Program-made: the position numbers and the translations under genes
In this document: positions 1 to 10,654 of the stretch, in pieces
Layout of the letters: the number at the start of each line of letters is the position of its first letter
Position numbering within the stretch: position 1 is the stretch's first letter
From: an uncultured delta proteobacterium
GTDB taxonomy: Bacteria; Desulfobacterota; Binatia; UBA9968
Length of the DNA: 64,000 bases
Assembly: GCA_963745835.1 (NCBI GenBank)
Contig: CAVUZH010000019.1
Span: 160,001 to 224,000 of the forward strand
Reading direction: 5' to 3'
Notes under the pieces: model-generated
What the model was told of the DNA's origin: nothing
The model's input: only the letters and a program-made list of their open reading frames with translations
The model's database searches: none

Positions 1-438
1 TCACCGGGGCATGAGCGTAGTTAGTGCCAAAGGCTTCCGCTTATCAATCGCGCGCGCCGCGTTGACGATTTCCACACCGCGAATTGCATACGAGAGTCCA
101 AGCTGGCACCTGCCAGAAAGAGCGAGAAACAAGGAAAAACCAGTAACACAAGGCATGAAATAGAAACGCTGAGGAACAGAGAGAGACAAAACAGGACAGC
201 ATTACAGCCAATCACGCTGGGTTAACCATGGTCGTGGCGGACATCGTAAAAATTGACGGGGACGCACTCCGATTTCATTGTTGTCCGTTTATGTTCCGCT
301 TGCGGCAGTTTCGTTCAGTCCTGAAGTTGAATGTCTGCTCGTGCGTCGCTTTGCCTCCCATTTCCTTAGACATTTTGAACTTCCCGGCTGGCTTATTAAT
401 TGCTCAGCCCATGGTGCTTTTCGAGAGAGGGACCAACA

Positions 439-630
439 ATGCGAACCTTTGCTGACACCGAAGTACAGGCTAGACTTATACGTGAGATGCGGGAGTTGTA
501 TGAGAAACGGGGAAAGCTAGAGGCCGGTATTCGGGCGGTGGATACAGCCCGAAGTCTCCGGATTGAAAAGGACGCATTGATTGACATTGCGGCGTATCGA
601 GCTTCGCTTTCACGTCCACAAACCATGTAG
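439..630 (+). CDS. Small hypothetical helical/coiled-coil protein (63 aa)
   Basis: GAGAGGGA RBS-like sequence before ATG 439; charged helical sequence RLIREMRELYEKRGKLEAGIRAVD; no family recognised. Confidence 0.4.
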   Translation: MRTFADTEVQARLIREMRELYEKRGKLEAGIRAVDTARSLRIEKDALIDIAAYRASLSRPQTM

Positions 631-900
631 GTCGATGGGGCAGAGGAGTCAAACTGGCGATGGATGTGACACCCGGGGAGAACCTACACTCACGCGCGCT
701 GATTACAAATTACTCCTACGATCAGTATCCAAGCGATAGCCGGAATTGCCGACGGCCTCAGTTGGACCCACCTTCCACATAGATTTGAGTCCGGCCGTTA
801 AGAACTCTCTCACTTCTTTTTAGAAACTCAAAAGCCGCTCGTGGACGATCGCCACCTCGGGTCCCCTCTGTTTAGGTACAACGAAGAACTAGGAAACGAA

Positions 901-1041
901 ATGCAGACGTCGAAGGATACACGTTCAGTGGAAGCAAAACGCCTAGACGAATTAGCCCTGCAATATCGTACGAGTCGTGATCCAGAAGTCCTAACCGAAA
1001 TGCGAGCGTTAGCCCGGCGCCTCTCCCAAGCTAATCAATGA
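901..1041 (+). CDS. Small hypothetical protein (46 aa)
   Basis: AGGA upstream of ATG 901; helical sequence KRLDELALQYRTSRDPEVLTEMRALARRL; no family recognised. Confidence 0.35.
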   Translation: MQTSKDTRSVEAKRLDELALQYRTSRDPEVLTEMRALARRLSQANQ

Positions 1042-1510
1042 TCCTATCGTCGGCGCCGACGCCCCCCGTTCCCAGTCCTTCCTTATCAAATCCCGTTCAA
1101 TCCCTTGCGAGTTCATCTCACAACGATAAGGCGCCTCTAGCTTTCGGAGTGACGTTATCGCAGTGGCGAGACAACTATTTAAGCGCTTATCCTAAAACTG
1201 CAACTAATCCTGCCGGCGACACTAGCCTTTAAGCAGTAACAGTCTGGCCCGAACATTGCTCAGGAGCCGCCGTATATCCGATGGATTGTTCCCAGCGGCA
1301 ATGAGCAGCGCTCGTGATTATTGACAATGTCTTTACGAACCTGCGTTAGGAACTCACAAGCGGCTTTCGAAGATCTTCAGAACTCCAGTCAACTTTTAGG
1401 GGGCGTGCTCGTGTGTCAGTTGGATCTAGCTCTTGAGCTATGATCCATTGGTTATGGTGCGATACCTGTGGCCGTCACTTAAAACTGACGCATCAGGCGA
1501 AGAGGTTTCA

Positions 1511-1804
1511 ATGGAAGTCACCGAGGTAAAAGTCTTTCCTGTAGACGAAGATAAGCTTCGGGCTTACGTAACTATTACTCTCGATCACTGTTTTGTTATC
1601 AGGGATCTAAAGGTCATCAAAGGGACCACGGGTTACTTCGTATCGATGCCTAGTAAGAAACGCAAAGACGGCACCTATAAAGACATTGCGCATCCGATCA
1701 ATAGTGAAACCCGTCGGCTGTTAGAGGAGAGAGTAATCCAGGAATACGAGCAAACCACGCAGAACGCCGGAATCGGTGACTCTCCCCACGTGTCAACGAC
1801 ATGA
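1511..1804 (+). CDS. spoVG: SpoVG family nucleic-acid-binding regulator
   Basis: MEVTEVKV..KLRAYVTITLD.CFVIRDLKVI.G..GYFVSMPSKKRKDGTYKDIAHPIN.ETR signature; AGAGG RBS at 1501. Confidence 0.95.
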   Translation: MEVTEVKVFPVDEDKLRAYVTITLDHCFVIRDLKVIKGTTGYFVSMPSKKRKDGTYKDIAHPINSETRRLLEERVIQEYEQTTQNAGIGDSPHVSTT

Positions 1805-2114
1805 CGGTGCCGCCCACAACTTAGATTCTCACCCAGTGAACGGCTAGGTCGCAAGTATCCGAAGCCAGGCGACGAGTATGGGCGCCTACCCAGTCCGTGA
1901 CCTCGCGCGGAAATCCGGCGACGGCATTGTGCTGCGCCAGGCGCGACACATACGGGTGAATGAGAATGCTGGCGTTTATGATCTTAGTATTTCAAAACGT
2001 AGATAAGTAAATAACCGCCGTTTCGGTGGTGAACCCTGAGTAGAGCGTAGACACTTGAAGCCATTAGCATTGGCAAGGCAGTGCGCTTGCTCTCTGGCAG
2101 CCTACGATAGCGGT

Positions 2115-3071
2115 TTACTTAAGTCTTCCGACTTGCTCTTCGACAAAGTCGATCACGTTGCTTTCCAATCGAACGTTGTCTAGCGCGTTGATCTCTTGAA
2201 TGCCGGTGGGACTGGTCACGTTAACTTCGGTCAAAAAATTACCAATCACGTCCAAGCCGACGAAATACAAGCCATCGGCAATCAGCAGGCTAGCAAGAGC
2301 TTCGCAGATTTCCCGATCTCTCGCGGTTAACTCAGTCCTGACGCACTGACCGCCGACATGAATATTGCCCCTGGTTTCAGATTCCAGCGGCACTCTCAGC
2401 ACCGCGCCCAGCGGTTTACCGTTCAGCACTATGATTCGTTTGTCGCCTTGACGAATCTCTGGCAGATAGCGTTGGCCTATAATCATTCGTCGGCCATTAT
2501 CGGTGGCGGCCTCGAGAATCGAATTGGTATTGCGATCCTGTTGATGGAGATAGAATACTCCGCTGCCGCCGCTACCATCGAGCGGCTTGACAATCATTTC
2601 GCCGCCTAACTCGTCCATAAAAGCTTTAAGCCTTCCAATGTTGCTGCTCACTAGTGTCTGTGGGATCTGTTCAGGAAAGCGCAAGGCATAAAGCTTTTCA
2701 TTGGCATCGCGCAATCCTCTCGGATTGTTCATGACGAAACACTTCTTCTCATCGATCAAACTCAAAAGATGAGTCGCAAAGAAAAATTTCATATCAAACG
2801 GCGGATCTTTGCGCATCAGCACCACGTCTAATTCTTCAAGCGCTCCAATATCGAACTGAGCTAGATGATAATGAGGCACGGCCCGGGCCAGATGAATGCG
2901 TCGATGCCGCGCAAAAGTCGTTCCCCCGCGGGTGAAAAGATCATCGATCTCCATGAAAAAAATCTCATGGCCCCGCTGTTGCGCTTCCAGCATCAAGACA
3001 AAGGTCGTGTCTTTCTCGATGTCTATCGTGTCAATTGGGTCCATGACGACCCCGATCTTCAAAGGCTGCAT
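2115..3071 (-). CDS. gshB: Glutathione synthetase (prokaryotic ATP-grasp)
   Basis: VVMDPI..I...KDTT, MRKDPPFD, ANEKLY, KPLDGSGG, GDKRI, RGNIHVGG, EVNVTSPTGIQEI motifs; start moved to MQPLKIG at 3071. Confidence 0.95.
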   Translation of the reverse strand: MQPLKIGVVMDPIDTIDIEKDTTFVLMLEAQQRGHEIFFMEIDDLFTRGGTTFARHRRIHLARAVPHYHLAQFDIGALEELDVVLMRKDPPFDMKFFFATHLLSLIDEKKCFVMNNPRGLRDANEKLYALRFPEQIPQTLVSSNIGRLKAFMDELGGEMIVKPLDGSGGSGVFYLHQQDRNTNSILEAATDNGRRMIIGQRYLPEIRQGDKRIIVLNGKPLGAVLRVPLESETRGNIHVGGQCVRTELTARDREICEALASLLIADGLYFVGLDVIGNFLTEVNVTSPTGIQEINALDNVRLESNVIDFVEEQVGRLK

Positions 3072-3103
3072 AGATTTTGCCCAACCAATAGCCGGTACCG
3101 CGA

Positions 3104-3805
3104 CTACTCCCTGATCACCCATGTCTGCGCGATGATGTCGTGCCAGGCCCTTTTCTCGCGGCTCCAAATCACCCACAAGAAACCTAAAAGAATCGGCGCG
3201 AAACCAACAGCGGCGAGCCAACGCAAAAGAGCTTGCCTTGAGGTGACGTCGCCGTTCTCGGCGCCGACGACCCGCAAGCCGAATATCCATTTACCAATGG
3301 TTCTTCCGTCCAAGCTATGAAAGATAACAAAGTAGGCCGCAGATAAGGCAACCGAGGCACATGTCAAAATAAAATATAATCCACTGGAGTTTTCCATAGT
3401 GATGGATCGGCCGTGCGCCGAGAGTCCGACTTTATAACCGATGTGTGACATCGCAAACATGACGAAGCCCAGCAGCAAGATCATCGCCCAGTCGACGACA
3501 AACGCGCAGCCTCGACGAATAAAGCCACCCCATAACCGGCTGTCAGGATCAGGATGATTTATACTCCGAAGGAGAGGATTAGTTTCCTCACTTGACGGAA
3601 GGTACGGATCGATCTGATTGGACCTCTCATCAGATAAATCGATTTTCTCCTCGGCCGATTTCAGATGAACGTCTTCATCGGTTGAATTGAGCCGAGCCCC
3701 CGTTGGATCCAACGGCGTTTCGCAGCGGCTGCATATTCCCGTGTTATGCGTGATCACGGAGTCACATGTGGGACAACGCATATCAATGGTTTTAAACGGT
3801 TGCAC
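3104..3805 (-). CDS. RDD family membrane protein with N-terminal zinc ribbon
   Basis: CPTC..CSRC ribbon; RRGCAFVVD, G.TIGK..FGLRVV and KRAWHDIIAQT RDD motifs. Confidence 0.85.
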   Translation of the reverse strand: MQPFKTIDMRCPTCDSVITHNTGICSRCETPLDPTGARLNSTDEDVHLKSAEEKIDLSDERSNQIDPYLPSSEETNPLLRSINHPDPDSRLWGGFIRRGCAFVVDWAMILLLGFVMFAMSHIGYKVGLSAHGRSITMENSSGLYFILTCASVALSAAYFVIFHSLDGRTIGKWIFGLRVVGAENGDVTSRQALLRWLAAVGFAPILLGFLWVIWSREKRAWHDIIAQTWVIRE

Positions 3806-3841
3806 CTTGCCGCGATAGCGCGTTGACTGGCCAACACTAAC

Positions 3842-4583
3842 CTACGCTAGATCCCCCCACAAGAGTTGGACGGCCGAGAGCGCGGCCACCGCAGCGGTTT
3901 CAGCACGAAGTATACGCGGGCCAAGCCGCACCGCTTTGAAGTCCTGGCCAAGCGCGAGTGCTGCTTCGTGCGCGCTAAAACCACCTTCGGGCCCGATCAT
4001 CACGAAAACCTCGCTAATTGTCGCTCGGGCCTCCTTTAAATCAGACAACCGTTGCTCGCGCTCCTTCTCCCAAAATAACAGCCGCAGCGCATCGAGCGAA
4101 ACCGTTTCGAGGAGATCGCAAAATTCAGACAAAGCCAAGATCTCCGGAATGCGAACGCGGCCGCACTGTTTTGCGGCGCTCAGTGCGATCTTCTGCCAGC
4201 GCTCGGAACGCTGCGCCACTTTTCTTTCATTCAGCTTTGGTATCGTGTAATCGGAAAGGAAGGGAACTACGGTGTGAACGCCTAATTCGGTCGCCTTTTC
4301 CACCACCCAATCCATTTTCTCGCCCTTGGTGAGACCTAACGCAAGGGTGGTTTTAAGCGGCGATTCATTGTTGACCTGATAAGAGCGGATTATTTCAATC
4401 TCGCCGCGATCTTCGCTAAGGGAGCTGAATGATCCCTTCATGCTCGCAGCCGGCATCATCGAACACGACAACACGGTCTTGCGGTCGCAAGCGCAACACT
4501 CGCCGTAGGTGATTTAATTCGACACCCGTGATCGTAGCCCGATGACCCTCTATCTGTCCCGTCGGCAGGAAAAAGCGAGCCAT
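3842..4583 (-). CDS. rsmE: 16S rRNA m3U1498 methyltransferase RsmE (one +1 frameshift near 4420)
   Basis: N-terminus MARFF..HLRRVLRLR in another frame from ATG 4583; KATELGV, AAKQCGR, IGPEGGFS, LGPRILRAETAA motifs. Confidence 0.93.
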
Positions 4584-4586
4584 CGG

Positions 4587-5453
4587 CTACTTCCGCCTGA
4601 GAAGTAAGGTTGCCCATTCTTTCTCTTCCTTGAGCTTGACCAGCCTGAAGCCGTTTGAGACAAAGTAGCGCGCCAGCTGCTCTGACTTGGGCCTTAAGAC
4701 ACCGGACAGAATCAAATAACCGGAAACAGCAACACGTTTACTTAGCGACTCCGCCAGCATCATAATCGTTTCGGCGGTAAGGTTGGCGACGACCACCGGA
4801 AAGGTTCTTAGACGATTGAGCGGCCCCGCGGAACAAAAGACATTCTTTTCTACCCGGTTGAACGCGATGTTTTCTCGCGCGACTTTCAACGCGACCGGAT
4901 CATTGTCTATTGCCCAGACCTTGCTCGCGCCTAATTTGGCAAGGGCAATAGCTAGAATTCCGGAACCGGTGCCGACATCGAGAGCTGTAAACGGATTTGT
5001 GCCCAGAGAACGGGCGATCCGCTCGATAAATTCCATGCAGCCTCTCGTGGTGGCGTGAGTACCCGTCCCGAAAGCCATGCCTGGTTCGATGACGATCAGA
5101 TGCCGGTGGCCAAGCGGCGGCAACTTAGCCCATGGCGGGGCGACCAAGAATGCCTGGCCGACTTTCTGCGGTGAAAAAAATCGCCGCCACGAGTAATTCC
5201 AATTCCGGTCTTTGAGAACCCGCCAGCGCAGCTGATCCTCGCCCATCTCCGGATACATGCCGCGGATGCCGCGAAGGAACCGCTGCACATCCCGGCGAAT
5301 AGTTGTCGAATCTTCGGGACATGCAAAGTATGCCTGCACCTGGTTCTTGTTGATCACGACCCCGGGAGATCCACGTTCTATGAGAAAGTTGGATACCGCG
5401 TCTAACGCCGATGGATCGGTGCGCAGGGAGAGCTGCAACCAGGAAGAAGTCAC
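4587..5453 (-). CDS. prmA: Ribosomal protein L11 methyltransferase
   Basis: IEPGMAFGTGTHATT, LDVGTGSGILAI, VVANL, LILSG; directly upstream of rsmE. Confidence 0.95.
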   Translation of the reverse strand: MTSSWLQLSLRTDPSALDAVSNFLIERGSPGVVINKNQVQAYFACPEDSTTIRRDVQRFLRGIRGMYPEMGEDQLRWRVLKDRNWNYSWRRFFSPQKVGQAFLVAPPWAKLPPLGHRHLIVIEPGMAFGTGTHATTRGCMEFIERIARSLGTNPFTALDVGTGSGILAIALAKLGASKVWAIDNDPVALKVARENIAFNRVEKNVFCSAGPLNRLRTFPVVVANLTAETIMMLAESLSKRVAVSGYLILSGVLRPKSEQLARYFVSNGFRLVKLKEEKEWATLLLRRK

Positions 5454-5696
5454 AGTTTTTTATGCCATAGAGTTCGGAGAGGGGCAAATCAGGTAAACGC
5501 TTGAGGTGATCGCGCTGCATGATCTGCTTTCCTGAAACAAAGCCAGCATTATCGACGATTGCGCCGCGCAAAATCCAACCTCGATCATCCAAGTTTCGCA
5601 GTGTTAGTTACTTTACATGGCTTGAACGGTTTCGGTCTGCTTGAACTGTTCCGCAGAGCGATATATGGACAAAGCTACAATGAAAGGAGCCACTAG

Positions 5697-6587
5697 ATGA
5701 AGTTGGCCAGCATCAAGCAAAATGACATTGCTCTTGTAAAAAACGATTCAGTGATTCTGCTGGGCGAAGCGTTAGCTCGTGAAAGCGCCTTGCCTAAGGG
5801 CTTTTCTATGCTCGAGGTGATCGCTGAATTCGCTAATGTCAAAGGTCTACTGGAGAATTATGCGGCCAAGGGGACGGCCACCAAACTCGACCCAAAAATG
5901 TTGAAAGCGCCGATCGAGAAGCCCTCTAAAATTTGGGCGGCTGCGACCAACTACAAACGGGGTACCGGTGGCCTGGATGATGCGCGGGGCAGGGGCGCCG
6001 CCGGCACAGCTACCGCAGAACAGCTCCTCGAACGGATTTTTCTAAAGCCTCCCTCATGCGTCTGCGGGCCGGAGGATAATATTATTATTCCTAACGGAGC
6101 GGAAACCATTTTTCCCGAGCTGGAACTCTGTGTCGTCATCGGCAAGGAGACACGGAACATCTCAAAAGAACGCGCCTATGAGGCTATTTTCGGATATATG
6201 ATTTTGCTCGATGTTACCGCGCGCGGGTACGGCTCCGGCAAGGACCTGTCAGGCAGCCGTTGTGTGCGCAAAGGTTTCGAAACCTTCGCGCCGATCGGAC
6301 CTTGGATTACGACCAAGGACGAAATTGCCGATCCGCATCAACTCTCAATGAAGCTATGGATCAACGGAGAGCTCAAGCAATCTGCCAGAACTGATTCGAT
6401 GGTCAACGATATACCAACTCTGGTCAGCTATTTGTCACAGGTAACGACACTCTTCCCGGGCGATCTGATCAGCACGGGAAATCCCGATGCGCCGGAATTC
6501 CAGGAGAAGCTTAAGCCCGGCGATATCGTCAAATCCGAAATCGAAGGTATCGGCGCGATGAACCTTGGTGTTGCGAAACAGAGTTGA
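5697..6587 (+). CDS. Fumarylacetoacetate hydrolase family protein
   Basis: FLKPPS, ELELCVVIGK, DVTAR, KGFETFAPIGPWI, PGDLISTG motifs. Confidence 0.9.
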   Translation: MKLASIKQNDIALVKNDSVILLGEALARESALPKGFSMLEVIAEFANVKGLLENYAAKGTATKLDPKMLKAPIEKPSKIWAAATNYKRGTGGLDDARGRGAAGTATAEQLLERIFLKPPSCVCGPEDNIIIPNGAETIFPELELCVVIGKETRNISKERAYEAIFGYMILLDVTARGYGSGKDLSGSRCVRKGFETFAPIGPWITTKDEIADPHQLSMKLWINGELKQSARTDSMVNDIPTLVSYLSQVTTLFPGDLISTGNPDAPEFQEKLKPGDIVKSEIEGIGAMNLGVAKQS

Positions 6588-6662
6588 GCCCACCGCGAGA
6601 AATCCAACTAGCCTCGATCGAGCCCGAGTTTAAGATTTAAAGACTAAGAAATAGCAGGGAAT

Positions 6663-7994
6663 ATGGTTCGAATTGCACCGTTTCGCGGAGTTTTCTACAA
6701 CCCAAAAAAAATCCGCGACCTTGCGCGGGTTGTCACTCCTCCCTATGACGTGATTTCTCCAGAAGAGCAAGAAAAGCTCTATCGCAAATCGCCCTACAAC
6801 TTCGTCCGATTGGACTTTAGCCAGGAGTCGGATCCATACGCCGCGGTCGCCGAACTATTGGCCAACTGGCAGGCGGAAGGGATTTTTGAACGCGATCAAG
6901 AACCGGCGATTTATTTTGCCGTCCACAAGTTCGCGTTGAAGGACGGAAAGATTAAAGAGCGTCAAGGTTTCTACGCCCTGACTCAGTTGCAAGACTTCTC
7001 TAATGGCGAGATCCGCCCGCACGAAAAGACCTTGGAAGCTCCCAAGCATGACAGACTCCAGCTCATGCTTGCATCTCATGCCCAGCTGAGCTCGATCTTC
7101 GCGCTCTACTCTCAACCGAAAGGCAGCATCAATCGCATTTTGTCCGAACAGACAGAAGGCAAGGCGCCTTTTATCGAGGTTAAGCTGGATGGAGGCGATG
7201 AGTGTCGCCTCTGGCGCATCACGGATCCAGCGTTGATTCGCGAGATCCACCGCGAGATGAGGGAGCAACGGTTGGTGATCGCCGATGGTCATCACCGTTA
7301 TGAGGCAACGCTCAGATATCGGGATCGGATGCGCAGCGATCGATCATCGACTGGCCGGGAATCCTTCAACTACATCATGACCCATTTCGCCAACATGAAT
7401 GACGAGAACGTGCTTATTCTTCCGACTCATCGGTTGGTGCGTGGATACGAGGCCAAACCATTTTTACAACTGGAAGAGGCTTTGCAGACATATTTTTACG
7501 TCGAGCAGTATCCTAAGACTCCGGAAGGAAAGAGCTCGTTCCTGAAAGCTCTAAAGAACTCCGGCAAGAAACATCGGGTTCTCGGAGCCAGCTTCAAACG
7601 CGATCCGCGCTACCTGATATTACGGCTCAAGAACAAGCGCATCATGCAACGACTGGCAAAAGACCTCAGCGCGCCTTTGCGCGATCTGGAAGTTTCCACA
7701 CTGCACCACTTGGTACTGGAGCATATTTTGGGCCTTTCACCTGAACAGCAAACAAACGGCGAAACCATTCGCTACTCGCAGGATGAAGAGTCGGTTTTGC
7801 AAGCGCTGGAAAAAGAAGACTACCAGGCTGCGTTCATCCTGAATGCCACGAAGAGCGCCGATATTCTAGCGATCGTTGATAGCGGCGAGACGATGCCGCA
7901 AAAATCGACCTATTTCTATCCCAAGCTGATTTCCGGGCTAGTGGTTAACAAGATCGACCCTGCCGAAGAGATCCAAGAACCTGCGGATGCATAA
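6663..7994 (+). CDS. DUF1015 family protein
   Basis: PPYDVIS, PHEKT, IADGHHRYE, MPQKSTYFYPKL motifs. Confidence 0.9.
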   Translation: MVRIAPFRGVFYNPKKIRDLARVVTPPYDVISPEEQEKLYRKSPYNFVRLDFSQESDPYAAVAELLANWQAEGIFERDQEPAIYFAVHKFALKDGKIKERQGFYALTQLQDFSNGEIRPHEKTLEAPKHDRLQLMLASHAQLSSIFALYSQPKGSINRILSEQTEGKAPFIEVKLDGGDECRLWRITDPALIREIHREMREQRLVIADGHHRYEATLRYRDRMRSDRSSTGRESFNYIMTHFANMNDENVLILPTHRLVRGYEAKPFLQLEEALQTYFYVEQYPKTPEGKSSFLKALKNSGKKHRVLGASFKRDPRYLILRLKNKRIMQRLAKDLSAPLRDLEVSTLHHLVLEHILGLSPEQQTNGETIRYSQDEESVLQALEKEDYQAAFILNATKSADILAIVDSGETMPQKSTYFYPKLISGLVVNKIDPAEEIQEPADA

Positions 7995-8058
7995 TAAATA
8001 AATCGGCCTGCATGTTGTGATCTGAAGTCTTCCAGACCTATTCGGCTATTCGCCGGCT

Positions 8059-9441
8059 TTATTTCACTGGCGACACCAGTTGGCCATCGCCGGGCTTGCC
8101 GGTGATCTTGCCGTCTTCCATTACGGTTTTGCCTCGGAGTATGGTGCGAATCGGCGCGCCTTTGATCTTCTTCCCATCATAAGGCGTCCAACCGACTTTC
8201 GTGTAAGTGGTCTCGTTGCTGATCACTTCCTCTTTGTTCATATCGATAATAACCATATCCGCATCCGAACCCGGTTGGATAACTCCCTTGCGGGGATAAA
8301 CGTTGAACAGTTTTGCCGCGTTATATGAAGAGATCCGCACCAGCCGATCAAGGGTCATTTTCCCTTCGTTCACGGCAGTTAGAAAAAGCCGGAGATAATC
8401 CTGGATTTGCGGCTCGCCACCAGGGCAACTCCACATGTCGTGCCAGCCCTTTTCCTTCTCCTCCTTAGTGTGCGGCGCATGGTCGGTGCCGATCACGTCG
8501 ATGGTGCCGTCGTTGATCGCTTCCCAGAGCGCGTCGACATGCGCCGGCGGCACCCAGAAGCCCAAACAGTAGGGACCGAGTTTCTCGACATTTTCCCAGG
8601 TGCCTAGAAACATCGCCCAAGGATTGACCTCACAGCTACAGGGACGGCCCTCGTCTTTGGCGCGGCGCAGCATTGCCAATCCTTCAGGCGTGCTCATGTG
8701 CAGGATGTGAAGCTTGCTGCCGATCGCTTTCTGCATTCGAAACAAAGTCGCCATGGCGGTATCCCAGATGATGCCGTCGTGCTCGCGATAAGCTTTGGCA
8801 TAGGCCTGAGGACTGCGATTCTCGTCTTTCCAGTAGCGCCCTTCGATTTCGTCCATCAAATCTTGATCATGCGGATGCACCATCAGCGGCAATCCCGTGG
8901 CGCCGACAGTTTCAAAGCATTTAAAGAGTTCGCCATTATTATTGATGCCGATGCCGGGCATATGCGGATAATCCCGACCCGTGTCTTTCACCATGAAAAT
9001 TTTAAAAGCAATGGGCCCCTCCTTGGCGAGTCCAGGAACCTCGCGCGGCACTGTGCCGGAAGGATTGTGGTTGAAATCAACAATCGCATTTTTACTGTGA
9101 TGCGCCACCAGAGCGCGGTAATGCTCCACGGAGGTGGTCGGTGGGTTGACGTTGGGCATGCCGACGCTAAAAGTGACGCCGCCCGCCGCCGCTGCCATTG
9201 TCGCGGTGGTTATGTCTTCTTTATGCGTGAAGCCGGGGTCCCGGTGGTGAGTATGGGTGTCGATCAAACCTGGAATAACTTTTTTACCCTTAGCGTCGAC
9301 TACATTACCGGCTGTTTCCGGTAAAACCGGCGGCTTACCGAGTGCAACGATTTTTCCACCGCTTACCGCTACATCAGCCTCGACGAAACCGCCCGGGGTC
9401 CAAACCTCGCCATTCTTTATCAGTAGATCGAGCTTATCCAT
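8059..9441 (-). CDS. Cyclic amidohydrolase (dihydroorotase/allantoinase family)
   Basis: PGLIDTHTHHRDPG..HKE, AAAAGG.T...MPN, FKIFM, HILHMST, GTDHAPH; start 9441 supported by an RBS and an upstream promoter. Confidence 0.88.
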   Translation of the reverse strand: MDKLDLLIKNGEVWTPGGFVEADVAVSGGKIVALGKPPVLPETAGNVVDAKGKKVIPGLIDTHTHHRDPGFTHKEDITTATMAAAAGGVTFSVGMPNVNPPTTSVEHYRALVAHHSKNAIVDFNHNPSGTVPREVPGLAKEGPIAFKIFMVKDTGRDYPHMPGIGINNNGELFKCFETVGATGLPLMVHPHDQDLMDEIEGRYWKDENRSPQAYAKAYREHDGIIWDTAMATLFRMQKAIGSKLHILHMSTPEGLAMLRRAKDEGRPCSCEVNPWAMFLGTWENVEKLGPYCLGFWVPPAHVDALWEAINDGTIDVIGTDHAPHTKEEKEKGWHDMWSCPGGEPQIQDYLRLFLTAVNEGKMTLDRLVRISSYNAAKLFNVYPRKGVIQPGSDADMVIIDMNKEEVISNETTYTKVGWTPYDGKKIKGAPIRTILRGKTVMEDGKITGKPGDGQLVSPVK

Positions 9442-9487
9442 CCATCGAACTCCCTTCGCGTAGTGAGAAATTTCCTTAAGAAATTTC

Positions 9488-9516
9488 GTTATATGACCGC
9501 CGCTTCGGACTGTCAA
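9488..9516 (-). promoter_or_regulatory. Sigma70-type promoter for the amidohydrolase gene
   Basis: Minus strand reads TTGACA-17 nt-TATAAC, ending about 47 nt upstream of ATG 9441. Confidence 0.7.
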
Positions 9517-9635
9517 ATTACCTGGATAGTCCATTCTGCTGATGCCGGTAATCGGCTTGACTCAGAAATTGAAATCTGGAAGGATGCGTTCCGCCTTCGA
9601 TACCATTGTCTGTGGAAGATAAGGAGAAAGAGCTC

Positions 9636-10646
9636 ATGCTGAGAAAAATTACGTTAGCGCTAGTTCTGTTAGCGAGCTTTCTTTTCGTTCCCAGTTCAGT
9701 CTTTGCGCAAAACGCCAAATTGATCGAAGCCGCCAAGAAAGAAGGCAAGGCGATCGCCTACGGGTCTCTCGAATCAGATACCATGGAAGCGATCGTGAAC
9801 GCGTTCAAGAAGAAGACGGGTCTCGAGGTCGAGTACTGGCGCGCTTCCGCAACCAAAGTGATGGATCGAGCGTTAAGCGAAGCGCGCGCCGGGAGGCCGA
9901 CGGCGGATCTGATCATCACCAACGACAATCCGCTGCGATTGATGCAGAAGGAAAATCTTTTCCAGAAGTATGAGTCGCCCGTCGCTAAGGATTTTCCTAA
10001 AGACGCCGTCGATCCGGTTCTCGGGCCCAGATACCGTAACGTGATCATCGGCGTGGTTTTTAACAAGTCCGGCATCAAACCCGAAGACGCACCCAAATCG
10101 CTGGAGGACTTGGTAAATCCCAAATACAAAGGCAAGCTGGTCATGCCGGATCCGACGCAGCACACTACCACCACACAATGGGTAGCGAGCCTTCACAAGG
10201 TGATGGGAAAAGAGAAAGCCGACAAGTTTATCCGCGATCTCGGCGGCATGAAGCCGATCCTGGTGGAATCACTTCTTCCCTCGGCGGAACGCGTGATGAC
10301 CGGCGAAACTCCCCTCTCCATCACCTATGTCAAATACGCTTACGTCTTTGGCAAACGGGGCGCTCCACTGGATTATGTCCGGTTGCCCAAAATGATGGGG
10401 GACGGCCATTACATCGCGCTGGCCGCCAAGGCGCCGCATCCAAGTACCGGCAAGGCGTTCATCGACTATTTCCTTGACAATGAAAGCATGAACACGATGG
10501 CCAAACTCGGCGAATTCGTAAATCGCAAAGGCGTGCTGCCGCCGTTACCTGACGCGGACAAGATCGGTTTTGTCGAGATGGAAGATCTCAGCGAGAAGGA
10601 ATTCGCCGAGAAGAAAAAGGAGTACCAGCAGATTTTTCTGCGGTAA
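9636..10646 (+). CDS. ABC transporter substrate-binding protein (Fe3+/thiamine-like cluster)
   Basis: Signal peptide ending VFA; AAKKEG..YGS, PKSLEDL.NPKYKGK, APHP..GKAFIDY. Confidence 0.88.
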   Translation: MLRKITLALVLLASFLFVPSSVFAQNAKLIEAAKKEGKAIAYGSLESDTMEAIVNAFKKKTGLEVEYWRASATKVMDRALSEARAGRPTADLIITNDNPLRLMQKENLFQKYESPVAKDFPKDAVDPVLGPRYRNVIIGVVFNKSGIKPEDAPKSLEDLVNPKYKGKLVMPDPTQHTTTTQWVASLHKVMGKEKADKFIRDLGGMKPILVESLLPSAERVMTGETPLSITYVKYAYVFGKRGAPLDYVRLPKMMGDGHYIALAAKAPHPSTGKAFIDYFLDNESMNTMAKLGEFVNRKGVLPPLPDADKIGFVEMEDLSEKEFAEKKKEYQQIFLR

Positions 10647-10654
10647 ACTCCTAA

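Noticed and set aside
2115-3290. Long Arg-rich N-terminal extension of GshB
   Set aside because: It overlaps the RDD gene; family similarity begins at Met 3071.
9442-9534. N-terminal extension of the amidohydrolase
   Set aside because: It contains the predicted promoter and RBS, so the real start is 9441.
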